NCBI RefSeq assembly: GCF_964355755.1
Contig: NC_092675.1
Coordinates: forward strand, 27,996,912-28,060,911
Length of the DNA stretch: 64,000 bases
Reading direction: 5' to 3'
Origin: Antedon mediterranea
Taxonomy: Eukaryota > Animalia > Echinodermata
The notes beneath the pieces are model-generated. The model saw only the letters and a list, made by a program, of their open reading frames with translations, was not told the origin of the DNA and ran no database searches. The position numbers and the translations under genes were made by a program. Shown here piece after piece: positions 11,092 through 23,684 of this stretch. Within the stretch, counting starts at the first letter, position 1. Each line of letters begins with the position of its first letter.

Positions 11092-11473
11092 GTAGAATAT
11101 CATTTTAATTCTAAATAATTTAAAACGTAATTGTTACATGGACAATTATCTGAACGCCAACTTTACTGTTCTTTAAAATCTGAACCTGAAAATACATTTG
11201 ACATAGCTATTTAGCTGTCGTATCATAGGGTACGGATATGTAGTTGCTGTCTGCTATACTAATCGTGGTCGTTTATTTTCATTGGTTAAGGTTAAAATCA
11301 CTGATGCATCACTGGATTAGCGTTATGAAATCTACCCTCTCCCGCTAGAGTTAATTAACGCCACTGGCGCGGAGTAACAGCTTCCCAATGCTAATCCGCG
11401 GCATGCTTCAGACACAAAAATATGTACGCCGCTTACATAACTCCACCGTAACTCCGTGAGTCTGAACATACCT
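10527..11473. mobile_element. MITE (PIF/Harbinger-like) with ~36-bp TIRs, carrying nested insertions
   Basis: Left GGGTATGTTCAGACTCACGGAGTTACGGTGGAGTTAT; right ATAACTCCACCGTAACTCCGTGAGTCTGAACATACCT. Confidence 0.75.
10916..11090 (-). mobile_element. tRNA-derived SINE-like repeat nested in the MITE
   Basis: Minus strand has A box TGGCTTGGTGG and B box GGTTCAAGTCC. Bounded by inverted GGAGTGGAG/CTCCACTCC, with a 26-bp tandem duplication and a (TAC)n tract. Confidence 0.55.
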
Positions 11474-12889
11474 TTTTCGGAACACACTCAATACTTTCTT
11501 AGGGAGAAATCAGGTATGACCTAAAATGCCCCAGAATGTATGTTGTAGCCAACATTTTGACATTGTATCGCATGGAACACCTTAGAATGGTTTCAAAACA
11601 GTATATATCTGAGCCAACAAGTGGATTTTATGACTTTATTAAATAGCATATGACGTCACAAAGAACGTTATTTTTGGCATGTCTTCGGAAGCAACGTCTT
11701 CAGATTGCTTGGAAATGTCACCCAAACCATGGAGGAAAAACAAACAAAGTTCAAGAAAAGATGTCAACCCTGTTCTGATTGATCGGTTAAAATGCTATAA
11801 TGTATGTTTTATTCATTCATAATACAAAGTAAAACCCAATAGGATTGACGAGCTGGATGGCTCAGTGGGCTTGAATTGTATTGAGGCTATATCGATTGTC
11901 TACTTGACAATTTTTCAAAATATATTTTTCTTTTATTTTGAGAGAAATTATTAGGGTTAGGTTTTTAATATTTAGGACGAGTTTTATTATTTATGTTTTT
12001 CATCAAGACAAGTTCATAGTAAATAAAACTAAGCCGTCAGACACAGATAGATGCACTATTGGACTAAACAACGATGCCACATACATGACCAATGTGAATA
12101 CAGACACTATTCCAACATTCCCTTCCAACATCAAAATCAGATACAATTACATGAAATGCACTTAGCAACGATTCTGAGGATCAAGTGATTGTTTATACAT
12201 TGTGGCTGTTCACCATTCGTGAAGACGAATAGCCAATGAGGTTGCTTAACTATTTATATTCAATTCAAATTGAATTGTTGTTTTGCTTCCTTGTCAAATT
12301 ACGAACAAGGAACAGGAAGTAAAGTGCATTACAGGAATAATAATCAAAAACGTTGTTACAAGACAAGTTTTCTATATCGTCGTATTGTATGATAATTACG
12401 AAAATTAACTTTAAGGTGAGTGTGTGATAGTAGAATACAATGAGTCCGGCGTTTGAGTCCTTGCTGAAGATGGATCAACTATTTTCATTGTTGGGAATTT
12501 GTTTTGTTTCATTTTATTCTTTTATCTTTATATTACGGTTTTCTGCATTTCTATAAAATATGTAACTTAAAATAGGCCTTTATAGCTAATAACGTGGAAC
12601 ATGCTTTTTCAAAGACGTCTAAACTCGAGCAGCATAAGTTACGCGTGATTTCAAGAATTGTATGATTGATCATAAACAAATATGCTTCATATTAAGTTAA
12701 TCCTATAGCATTTATCAGAGCAAATCAGGCTATTGAGCACCGTCCACATTTCACCCTTTTTTTCATTTAATTTATTATGTCGTAATAAATTTGCTAGGTA
12801 CCGTATTTAATAATGACGTTGGCGATCCGACTGTACCACATTTGAGTTTCTTGCTACTCTCCAGCAGTTAAACTCATGAAGATATACTC

Positions 12890-13126
12890 TTTTTATTACT
12901 CGGGGTACCCGAGTCTAGGACTCTCTCATCTTCCATCTGGACAGTATTGAGCCAACTTTCAAGTCCTACTAGTTCTTTACGCGTCGTCTGGACGGCTCTG
13001 AACCATGTCATGCATATACTAGGGTAATAGGTGAACAAAGCTATAGAGAGAAAATTTTCGTACTTCGATGCAGAATTATGATGTCATAAACATGGTACCC
13101 CGAGTATCGCACATTCGTGCTTGTTT
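12890..13126 (-). mobile_element. Short Helentron-like non-autonomous element
   Basis: Subterminal inverted TACTCGGGGTAC/GTACCCCGAGTA and end GCACATTCGTGCTTGTTT. Same family in opposite orientation at ~30028-30315. Confidence 0.55.
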
Positions 13127-13402
13127 CTTTAAGCCGCTGGACCCTACTTCTACAGAATATATAGTATTTTAGAATTCATGTTTATGCTGAAACTCAAATT
13201 AATATTTTATAATAATTATTGATTAAACATACCATGACACAGAATGCAAATGTGTGTCATTTACTAATTTTGTGGATTTCTTTATTCAAATTCAATTAAA
13301 TTATTACTAGAATTTCTAAAATGTCCTAGCATTCATTTATTTCTACTTCACTTCACAGCAGTAGGCCTACTTGAAGGAACATTAAAAGACGAACATAAAG
13401 CA

Positions 13403-14281
13403 ATGTTACTCTCAATAATAAACCATAACAAAGTAATTGGTATTCTACTGGTATTTATCCCAATAATTAGTGGATGCAGTTTAATTTCATCTCCAGATAC
13501 AACAACAACTGTGGTGAAAGGCAAAGCTTTTGTAATGACCTGTGTCTTTCACTGCCAAAGGAATCGAACCTACATTGGATCGTGGACAAGAGGAAACATT
13601 AACATAATAAACAACAGACATGGAATAACTACAATAAGTGCAACCTCTCACAATGCCAAGGGAACATTTGTAAATACTACATTAAGAACACACAACACAA
13701 AAGTAGAACATGAACATGTGTATCGATGCATTTTGAATGATCCCACTATCGATATAAACGTTGAAACTTCTGCTGGATGCTACTTAAACGTGTTGAAGCC
13801 ACCAAACTCAAAATTTCCACTCATTAATTCCAGAAGTCTTGAAAATGGCATAATGATAGCAACGTGTATTACAGAGAAAACTGATCCAATACCAGAATTA
13901 CATTGGCAAGATAAAAGTGAATCATTATTTGCTACCAATAACGTGACACACGTTGAAATTAATGGGATATTTAAAGTTGATGTGAAAGTGGTTTGTATTA
14001 TGCATTGGTACACTGAAGAACCACGATATGTTCATATCAGACCATCAAACAGTAAAAATACGACGAATTTGTATGCTGATGAAAAAAGGACGTTTTTGTC
14101 AACTACTGATGAACCTATATGGCAAACGGAAAAGAATGATGGAAAGTCTGAAAAAGAAACTAATAATAATATTTTAATTGTAATTAATGTTATTATTATA
14201 AATATCATCATTTTTTTCAACATTTTGTTTATCTATTGGCGTAAACTTAAACGAATTATCCGTCAGTCGACAGATGTCTGA
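13403..14281 (+). CDS. IgSF type I membrane protein, family B member 1 (V/I-like domain + short C2-like domain, Asn-containing TM, short tail), 292 aa
   Basis: Signal peptide ending ISG-C. D1: FVMTCVF..GSWTRG..TTLRTHNTKVEHEHVYRC. D2: ATCITEKTDPIPELHW..KVVCIMHW. TM ILIVINVIIINIIIFFNILFIYW followed by RKLKR. A splice acceptor near 13358 and donor AAG/GTGAGT near 12416 suggest a 5' UTR intron. Paralog at 25554. Confidence 0.85.
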   Translation: MLLSIINHNKVIGILLVFIPIISGCSLISSPDTTTTVVKGKAFVMTCVFHCQRNRTYIGSWTRGNINIINNRHGITTISATSHNAKGTFVNTTLRTHNTKVEHEHVYRCILNDPTIDINVETSAGCYLNVLKPPNSKFPLINSRSLENGIMIATCITEKTDPIPELHWQDKSESLFATNNVTHVEINGIFKVDVKVVCIMHWYTEEPRYVHIRPSNSKNTTNLYADEKRTFLSTTDEPIWQTEKNDGKSEKETNNNILIVINVIIINIIIFFNILFIYWRKLKRIIRQSTDV

Positions 14282-15906
14282 AAGTATGTATTTTGTTTAA
14301 TTTCAAAGCGAACTTATTCTCACGAATCGAAAGCGGCGATTTTGATCATAATGCTTTTGCAGATTTTGCATTCGGGATATAGGCTATGTCAGTCATTTTC
14401 TTTTATATAGGCCTAACATTTGTACAGTTTCTGTGAGTTAAATTAGAAATAGAAACAAATGCAAATGGAGTGTATCGAAGGCCTGCTCCTGTTCTGACAT
14501 CAAAGGTATCTTCCTTGGCGGATGAATTTCAATGAGTGTGTAATAATTATCTTGTTTAAGGTTCTTTGATTTCAATGCAAAAAAGTTGGATAATGGAACA
14601 TTAACATAATTGGTCTCATCAACAGAGGATTTGTTCGTATCCCGTGTCACTGTTTCCCTTGCAAATTTTGTAAATTTTTATAAATGTTTTAAGTTTTTTA
14701 TATATTATATGTACGAGTAGTTGCCAGTGGAAACTTCCACTCTAAAAATCAGTGGAGAAATTAAAGATTTAGAAGCAAACATATATTATATAAATATATA
14801 TTTTTACAAATTAATAATAATAACTAAAAATACGAAGTGTATAAATCTATAACAAACAACTGTTGACAATTCATAATGCATAATTTAGGTTTTAGCAAAC
14901 TAATATTAGATGACACGAAACAGGATGTCATGAATTTTATATTTAGTATAAAAAAATGTTTGCCTTAATATATAAATTTTGTAAATATTTATATATTTTT
15001 GGTTTTTTTATATACTTTTATATGTAGTAGTAGTAATTGCCAGTGGAAACAGAATTTCCACTCTAAAAATAAGTGGAGAAAATAAAAAAAGTTGCCCCAA
15101 TGTCTTTAAATGATTTTGTTATTTAACTGTAGCTTTGAAATGTTTCTGTTAACACTCTTTAACAACAGGGTGCCTACGGGAAAACATGCATATTATTAAT
15201 AATTAATCTCCCCACTTTGGCACAGATGGTAGATTCTGCAAATAGGCCTAAATAATAATATATTACTTTGCCACACGGCATCTGAAAAATTGTGCATTGT
15301 AAAGTAAAACGATAAATAAAATCAATTGTTCAATACTGTTTATTATCTTCAATGTTGATTTGTGAATAATATAAGCTTTAGTAAAAAATATACAATTATT
15401 GATACAAAATGGAATAAAGTAAATTTTATATAAAAAAAATTATTGGTTTACAAATTTATGATAATTTCAAGATTTCGTTTTAAAATGTAACAATGCTCGC
15501 ACATTATTTATACAAATTAATAATATAAAACTAAAAACATGAAGTTTATAAATCTATAACAAACAACTATTGATCAAAGTATTTATTTGTCAAAATGTAA
15601 GGATGGCAAAATAATCAAACTGATAATACATAAAGAGGGGAAGCACACAATTATTTATAGACATTTCATATTGCATATTTTTTAAGTTTTTATTTTTAGA
15701 TATCCCAAAACAGTAAGTCATGAATTTTAAATTTAGTATACTAACAAATGTTTGCCTTTTACTGTATTATATAAATGTTTAGTATTTAATTTATATTTGA
15801 ATATGGCATTAATCATTTACAAACATTCATTCTACAATCCAAACTATTATAAAAATACATATAATTAAAAAATGTGGCTCAGAAATTAGCATATGAGAGA
15901 GGGCTT

Positions 15907-18900
15907 TTAAACAGCTTCAGCAAAGCCTAGACGATCTGCACCCTTGTCAAACTCGGTGTAGAACTTGCCCAAAAAGACGTCACCCAGAATCCACAGAGGG
16001 CCAGCTGGCGGTGCTACATCTAGAGCTTGGAAACCACTCAGACAAATGGTTTCACTCCCCTGTGCAAACTGAAATATAAACAAATAAAAGTTAACTAAAA
16101 GTTAATCAATCATGTTGAGCTTAAACCATTGTGACCCAGTTGCTAGAGACATCCAACAGGAGGAGTGCATTAGGAAAAAATTCTAGATATGATCCCAAAA
16201 ACTCAAATATATGTACCCTTTGTGAAACCATGTAATTGCTGTAGTAGAATCTTGGTAGTAGAGTTGTTGACTGCAATCTGGAACAGAACTATTATTGACT
16301 ACAGTCAAGTCTTCCAATACAAGACTCTCTGACAACCGGAAACTTTCCCAAAACCAGATTTTTCTTGAAAATTCACTTATACTATTAAAAATACACTCCA
16401 AATACAATACTTTCCACGAAACCATATATATTTTGCCAGCCCAAAGGTTTCCAGTATTTAAGAGTTTTTACCTAAACTTAAAGCTAATTTAACAAATACA
16501 GTTTTGACATACCTTGAGTACATAATCTTCACCCGTCAAGTTAAATGCCTTTCCGCCAAGAACAAAACCAATCTTTGGTAACGACGACACTTGATTGCAA
16601 TCAAATATGTACTGTAACAAGAAGATATAAAATAAAATGTATTTCAAATTTAATAGTGAATAATACTGCATTATTTAATATTTGCATAGGAGGTTTGGAA
16701 ACAACAAAATGCAGATGTGGATGGAAACCATTGCGAAAACGGTTTGTATATGTTCTTTTAGATTTTATAATCACAGTTTTGGAAAATGACTTTCTTTCCT
16801 TTTCCCCAGTAACCCATATATTATTTTGTGGATTCTTTTAACCCTCTTTATATTCCTTACTGAGCCTTGCATTTCTTTGGCACCAAGTTCTTTGTTGATA
16901 GCTAAGACATCAGTTGTAGGACCAGCAATTAAGGAAGTACCTGTATCAGCAATAGCTTCACAGCCCTTGGACAATATTTGGAACCACCTTGTGTTGCAAT
17001 GCAGAAAAATATACATAGATATTTTATTTTCTCATAAAGGAAAGAATTACTAGCACTATGAAATTGTTTAAGACCTATTTAAATATATATAAAATGTTTG
17101 TATTTCATAGTCAGGTCGACGTTATCTGCAATAAGGTATCAAAATACAGTTGTGCATACAGGACGTATTATGAAGCCTAAACTTTATTTTAAATGGAACA
17201 CTTATATTGTTCACGTTTTTCTTTTCTTCTACCCTAATAATATGCTTTGGCATTACCATATATTGATTTTAGAGACCTATTTATCTTTATATATAAATTA
17301 TATAGATTTTCTGAAATGAAAGTGAAGATAAATGAATACATCAATAATATTGACAACAATAAAAACTACCGCATGTGATCATTACAACAAAAAGGAACTA
17401 TTTATAATTTTAGAAACAAAAATCAATATAAAATATATGTGGAGTGTTTGTACACAGTGATAACAAATATTATTATCTATATTCCGTCATTTTTTCTCTC
17501 AAAATTACTCGACCAAACTCTCGCAACACCGACTTATTTTCCCTTGCCCGTTGTCGAGTCAACGTAACCAAAAATGGTTTCATTTAAAGATTATCCAAGC
17601 TTTTTAATTCAATTTCTATTAAAGATAAGACTATCGATATTTTTTTTGACACTTTGTCCAAATTTAAGTCTAAAGTTCTTAAATCGATTTAAAGGGGGAT
17701 TCTGGGTTTAAAATTGCTTTTAAATATCGTTTATTTATTAAATAAAAAATATTTTAACAATATAGACATGTCAGAATGAAGAAATAATAATGAGAAATTA
17801 AAAAAATAAAATTTCATATACATTTTAGGCTAAATTCATGGAAAGTCTGTTTTTCAGCAGCTTAGGGAAGCTCATTAATATTCATGAGATATTCACAAAA
17901 TCACGTCATCAGTGGATTCCAAACTCGTCATGTACGTTGTGTTTGTCAACTAAATTTACATCTATCTCCCCTGTTAAACGACGACCACCCGATCATTGTG
18001 AAATAAATTTTTTAAGCTAGGCCTAAAGTGTAATAATAACAGTAGTAGCATATATTTATTTGACATTTAATGAAATACAAAATTTAGTACAGACTACGGA
18101 GTCATAAATTATATACTATTTTTATACCTCGAATAGTACAGATCGTATTATCGGCTTCAAGTACTACAGTACTAGGCTAGGCCTAGCCTAAATCATTTTT
18201 TTTCATGGGTGAGACTGGGAGCCATTCTGACTAGGGATTAAAACGTTAAAACATTGGGGCCCATCATGGGCCTAGCTAGCCTACTACCTGTACTAAATGA
18301 TTGGCCCATAATAACAAAACTCAGTGGATTCCGAACCCATCCTATAAACCAAACTCCTAAACAATCTAAACCTAAAACATTCTACAAAATCGGCTGTAAA
18401 TATCGCCGTTCGCCGTCCGCACGTATGGTGTCCCGGTCGTCTAATAATAGGCCTAGGCCCTCTAGGCCCTAGGCCTAGTTACTCTCCAAAAAAGCGGATA
18501 CTACTGCATCAAGCAAGTAGACCAGGTAGTAGGAAGGAGACCTAGCCGATCCGGCCCAGTTAAAAATTGAGCTAGCTAGTGTAGTAGACCCTATGCGAAT
18601 TGATACTACCAGGCCTTTTTTTACTAGGCTACACTTCTTAAAATTAACAATACTTATGTTTACAAATATTCCAACTCTCTCATTCGAGCTATATTATCTA
18701 TACCATTCCGGTAGATCGAGTCGACCTTCAATCAAATACTGTACATCGTTCATGTTGTAATTATAGACGGGGTATACTCGACCCGACCAGTTTGGTATTG
18801 TATACTGTATCTGCTTATCACGTGACGATGCCAGGCATGGGCAGGTAGAGAGCACGTGTATCGTCGTCTCGCTCTCCTCGCTCAGCAGGAATGTATACGT

Positions 18901-20474
18901 TACGCTTCATTGATTTTGAAAGCTTTCCCTAAGTCAGTGCGAAAATCGGCAAACGTAAAGTGCAAACATATCTAATTTTTCACTGTTTTGATGAATTTTC
19001 ATAGAACATTGACTTTATAAATGAGAAGACCGACTAAAATTACATCAGATAAGTATAATTTTACAAAAGTAATTGATATGGTTAATGATAACGGATCGTC
19101 GGAAGATTGACCATTTCACGAATTTCCTATTCTGTAACACAGTGTCATATCGCCGTAGCTGCACTTGTAATCTGGCCTTATTTCACAGCCTTCGTTCTGC
19201 TTCACTGGGCGATTATATAAATTGAAACTTTTACCGTTCAAGAGACAAACAAATATATTTTACATTTTTTACTATTCATTTTAAACCCGGAACCCCCCTT
19301 TAAGTTTGCCATTTTATGATTCATGTTTCATGTTTTGTATTTTTATGTGCTTTTTTATTCTATATTTATATCTAAGAGTTTTAAGGCATCGTGTAATTGG
19401 CGCTTTTTCGCTGTTGGATGTGGTTGAAATAAAACAAAAATAAAATCTAGTACACTTCCTAGTGAGAGATTCAATGTCCAAAAATGGCATTCAAAAACTT
19501 TGTATATATGGAATATGAGTGAATAAGAGTGAAATATGTGAAACTATATTTAGACTATGTTAAGTAACTAAGCATTTATTGCACCACACAATATATACAA
19601 TGCTGAATATTAATCTGCAAATTGACATAATACTGTATGCAGTATTGTATTGGAATTCAATTGCTCAAATGCCTTTAGGCCTACGGTGATATCACAAGTA
19701 GGCGTGAAGTGTTTTGTTTCATTTGTCAACAATTTTTTACATGGCTGCTAAGACATATTTAGAAAACTAATATAACTATTGTATTGATTGATAGGATGAA
19801 GGTCAGTTTTTACTTGTTCAATAATGACCTATTTTTTGAACGGCATGTCAATAATATGCTTGCAATGTAGCTGACTTGCCCCAAGTCTGTATTTATTGTC
19901 TTTTTTATGTCACTGTCCGTCTACTAGTCGATTTTCATCTGGAAATACGAACTCTATATTTTTACTAATTTTGGTCTAGAACCTAGAAATTTACGGACAA
20001 TCTTATGGAATTGAATATTTGCTGTTAAATTTAAAAGTAACATATAAAAAAGAATGTTCATTGTACTGCAGCACATCAGTGCTGTAAACTTGCACCAGTG
20101 GGATTAACATTAGATCAAATTATAGACTCCTGTAAAAACCAGTTTCTTGTTTGTTACATGTTAAACCATGCAGAGATTATTTACTTGGACTATATTCAAG
20201 TTTTCCAATAACAACCCTTTATATGGTAATTTAATATAATACACCTTAGAAAAGGATCAGTGAACCAAGCAGAAATGTCAAACACACATTGATGTACTGT
20301 ATGCGACCTTTTTCTCAATAGAGTAAACAGTACATACATCCACAAATTTACCTGTCCATGTTAAATTGCCAATAACCTTTCTTGGTAACTTTCTCATAAG
20401 AAAAGTTACCTTTGTAGTACTTTGGGTCTGATCCTCCCAAAATCAGTTCTCCACCTGAACTATCATTTGTATTT
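15907..20474 (-). pseudogene. Cathepsin D-like partial pseudogene copy A (exons 6-9 only)
   Basis: Exon copies: 20352-20474 (GGELILGGSDPKYY), 16861-17001 (ADTGTSLI; 141 bp vs 142 bp, so a 1-bp deletion, and acceptor AG changed to TG), 16513-16611, 15907-16068 ([18 protein letters not shown]). Exons 1-5 absent. Intron and 3' flank homology spans ~15245-20885. Confidence 0.9.
17693..19299. mobile_element. Non-autonomous DNA transposon with TTAA TSD (Kolobok-like), ~1.6 kb
   Basis: TTAA|AGGGGGATTCTGGGTTTAAAA ... TTTTAAACCCGGAACCCCCCT|TTAA. No transposase ORF. Absent from the matching intron of the intact cathepsin gene. Confidence 0.75.
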
Positions 20475-21289
20475 CTGAAAAATAATATTTGACATTTATA
20501 CAATGTTATTGTGATATAGTATATTAAAACAATTTTACATTAAGAAGAAATTGTTAAATATAATAAATACAATAAAACTACTTTTACAACTTGCACTACA
20601 ATTTATTTCATTTCTTTATGGGGAAGGGATTTTGAGGATACTCTCATCAATTTGTACCTACCAACTCTTACGCATAATGCGGAAGTCTCATGCATGAGGC
20701 CAGATTGTTTTAGTCGTGTGCAATGCTATTTCCCGCACATCCATACAAATATTCAGAAAAAACATTATTTTGAAATGAACTTGCCGATTTTGAGGAAAAA
20801 AAGCCTAGGACTGCACATTATTTAATTAGTTTGAGAATAATTAGCCTAGTTAAGTAGGCCTATGTTTGTTTGTATTTATGGTTAACCCATTGACCCCTAA
20901 GTTCATTTTGCTAAAAAGGGACCTAAAAAGCATGTCACGTCATAATTAACCATAACTTTTTTTTTAAAGACAAAAATTCAAAAAATCAAAAAAGAAAAAT
21001 AATGCAAAGGACATTTTCTTTTCAAATATGTTATCAAATTTGTGTTACAACTTATTTTGCCGGAGTATGGATTATGCAAATTTTAGAAATATTTTAGGAA
21101 AATTACTAAACATTTTTAATTTATCTTTGACGTACTACCAAAATTACTAAATAATTGAATAAAACTATATCTCTTCAGCAGAACCTATTTCATCAAAATA
21201 AGACCAAACTTGACCATTATGAATGACCGGTTTTGAAATTATGAATAAATTAGTAGACGGACTCATCCGTCGATGACCATATGGGGCCG

Positions 21290-21451
21290 GGATCCAGTCA
21301 AATCGCCCCATCGCGACTTTGCAATGGGGCGACCTTGTGATGGATGACTTTGCGATGGGGCGACTTTGTTTTGGGGCGACTTTGCGATGGGGCGACCTTG
21401 TGATGGATGACTTTGTATGGATGACTTAATGGGGCGACTTGACTAGCTTCC
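21290..21451. mobile_element. Small MITE with internal GGGGCGACTT tandem repeats and ~9-bp TSD (Mutator-like)
   Basis: TIR GGATCCAGTCAAATCGCCCC / GGGGCGACTTGACTAGCTTCC. Flanks ATGGGGCCG and ATGGGGCCT. Confidence 0.6.
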
Positions 21452-22157
21452 ATGGGGCCTAGGCCCATCACGAAACCTAAGATCACGAAAGCTAAGACTC
21501 CCTACTAAGATCTAAGATTACGAAACCCAAGACCCAAGAGCAAGACCTAAGACTTAGCTAAGATTACCAACAAATCTCTATCGCACCTGCCTTGTATTTT
21601 AACTCTAAATTTGTTAACCAACTTATTCCGAATACCACACCTTATAATTAGATGAAGAAGAATCAATAAATAACAATAGATTCTTTAAATAAATTGATGA
21701 TTTTACAGACGTTTTCTCATGCGAATCTCGCATACTCTATGTTCAATATCATGTTTCTATGGAACGCCAAAGAGCAACATTAATGAAGGGCTAAAAACTA
21801 TGCGGAATCCATCTATTTAATTCATTTTTTTGGTGAAAATCATGTTCAATTCAATATATGTTGTCACTGTTAATACAAATAAAATGTTACTGTTGATACT
21901 TTACACGGTTTCGTTAACGTTAAGAAAAGAAATCGACAAATTCATCATATCCCCTTACTAGGCCTAGGGTAAGTAGTGATGCTTATTTTCAGATCGATTA
22001 ATATTCTTTGAAAATAGAAAAGTATCAGCAGTAACATATTACAGCATTTTTATTGACAAATTGACAAAATATATTGAACAAATTAAATGTGCATTTCACC
22101 AATAAATTCCATCAAGTTGTTAGCCCTCTAACTCTATTATTGTTGCTCGCTCTTTTC

Positions 22158-22608
22158 TCGTAAATCTTCTAATTGTAACCCTGGGTTATTATTCTTTGTT
22201 TTTTTGTTTCTATTTTTTGTTTTTTTAGGATGGGTTACTATTAGGGTAGTGGGTTACTATTACTAATCTTAAAAAAGGCACTTGAAAATAGTAACCCACC
22301 CCAACTTTTCCGGCCAGCAAATCATAGCAAAATAATAAAAATTACGAATAAACAAATTTATTTGAACTCTAACTTTATTTTATAAACTCAAAAACACTCA
22401 ATCAACATGCATTATCTCTTTATTTTCAAAATACGGTGACCAGTCTTAATAATGTCATTTTGTCAATAGTTTTTGTGACTCTAATATTAACCCCATGGGT
22501 TACTATTAGAGAAGTGGGTTATTATATAGATTGACTTATAAGGTGGGTTACTATTAGAAGGGGGGTAATTTACTATTAGAGTGTGGGTTACTATTAGAAG
22601 ATTTACGG
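22158..22608. mobile_element. Tc1/mariner-pogo (Tc2-like) MITE
   Basis: TIR CGTAAATCTTCTAATTGTAACCC / GGGTTACTATTAGAAGATTTACGG|TA. Internal GGGTTACTATTAG repeats. Confidence 0.6.
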
Positions 22609-23684
22609 TAGTTGTTTAGTAAAACATTGCACACATACACTTAGACGACATTATTACAATACTAAACTAAGGTAGCCTACATCAACTAAATTATGTGAAT
22701 AATGTTATGATAAAGATGAGTAGGAATTACTCCATAAATATTTAAAGTAATCACGAAGTAATTTTTAATCTATAAAATAGATTATTTTTATGGATTGTGA
22801 TAGGTGTATTCATGTAAATGGCATATACTCTAAAAATACGGTACACAATAACTGTAGATTAAGGTATAAAATTAATTCTTTATTTTATAATATTGTTCAT
22901 TTCCCTTTCTCCATGAAAAACACGATATTGTATACGTAATTTACTTATCCGTCCCTGCCTATCACATGCAGTGAAGCAATGTTAAGCAAAAAGTGCAGAA
23001 CATGTACTTTCTGTTTTCGTCGTTACTTTCAGAAGCGTGATCAAACTATTAATTTATGTAATATTAATAACAATATGAAAGTTGTATTATTTCTGTCATA
23101 GCCATCGGCACGCTATGCTGGTATCAAAATTAATTTGTCTTTGATTCTTTAAAAACTATATAATAACAAATATATATAGTATTAGGCCTGTACTTGATAA
23201 TGATATTTTAATTTAAAGAATACAAAAGTAAAATAAAAATTTAGCACAAAAAAGTTAAGGATTTTGTACTAAATTTATAAAAAGTAGAAAGCGATATTTA
23301 TAATAAAAATGTAAGCAAGTTATTCTTAATCAAAATATCCTATACAAAAATTATCTTAACCGGTCCATAGATATTAACAAAAAATGGGCTAAATCAAATG
23401 TGATAATAACAAAGTGATAATAACAAAGTTTATTGGTGAGTACTATTATATTAAAACAAAACTTAACTATTCATTTATCGAAACTGTTTGAAAGTATACC
23501 TAGACTAATAGTCAGATTACTTTTATTCTTCATGAAACAGTCCATAAGTGATGAGCTGTCCATGCTATTTGTTGGTTTTAAATATAGATATGTAAGAAAG
23601 TCGAAGACGGATACATTGTTTAATTTGTGTCAACAACTTTTTGTAAGTTTCTCAAAGATCATACAGTTCTACTGAATTAAAATT

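Noticed and set aside
16183-16492. ORFs repeated at 16183/16295 and 38215/38249
   Set aside because: They lie in duplicated cathepsin intron 8, differ by indels and have no protein signature.
21298-21486. Regular short repeats, possible CRISPR-like array or repeat protein
   Set aside because: Eukaryotic context, no unique spacers, bounded by TIRs and a TSD: a MITE.
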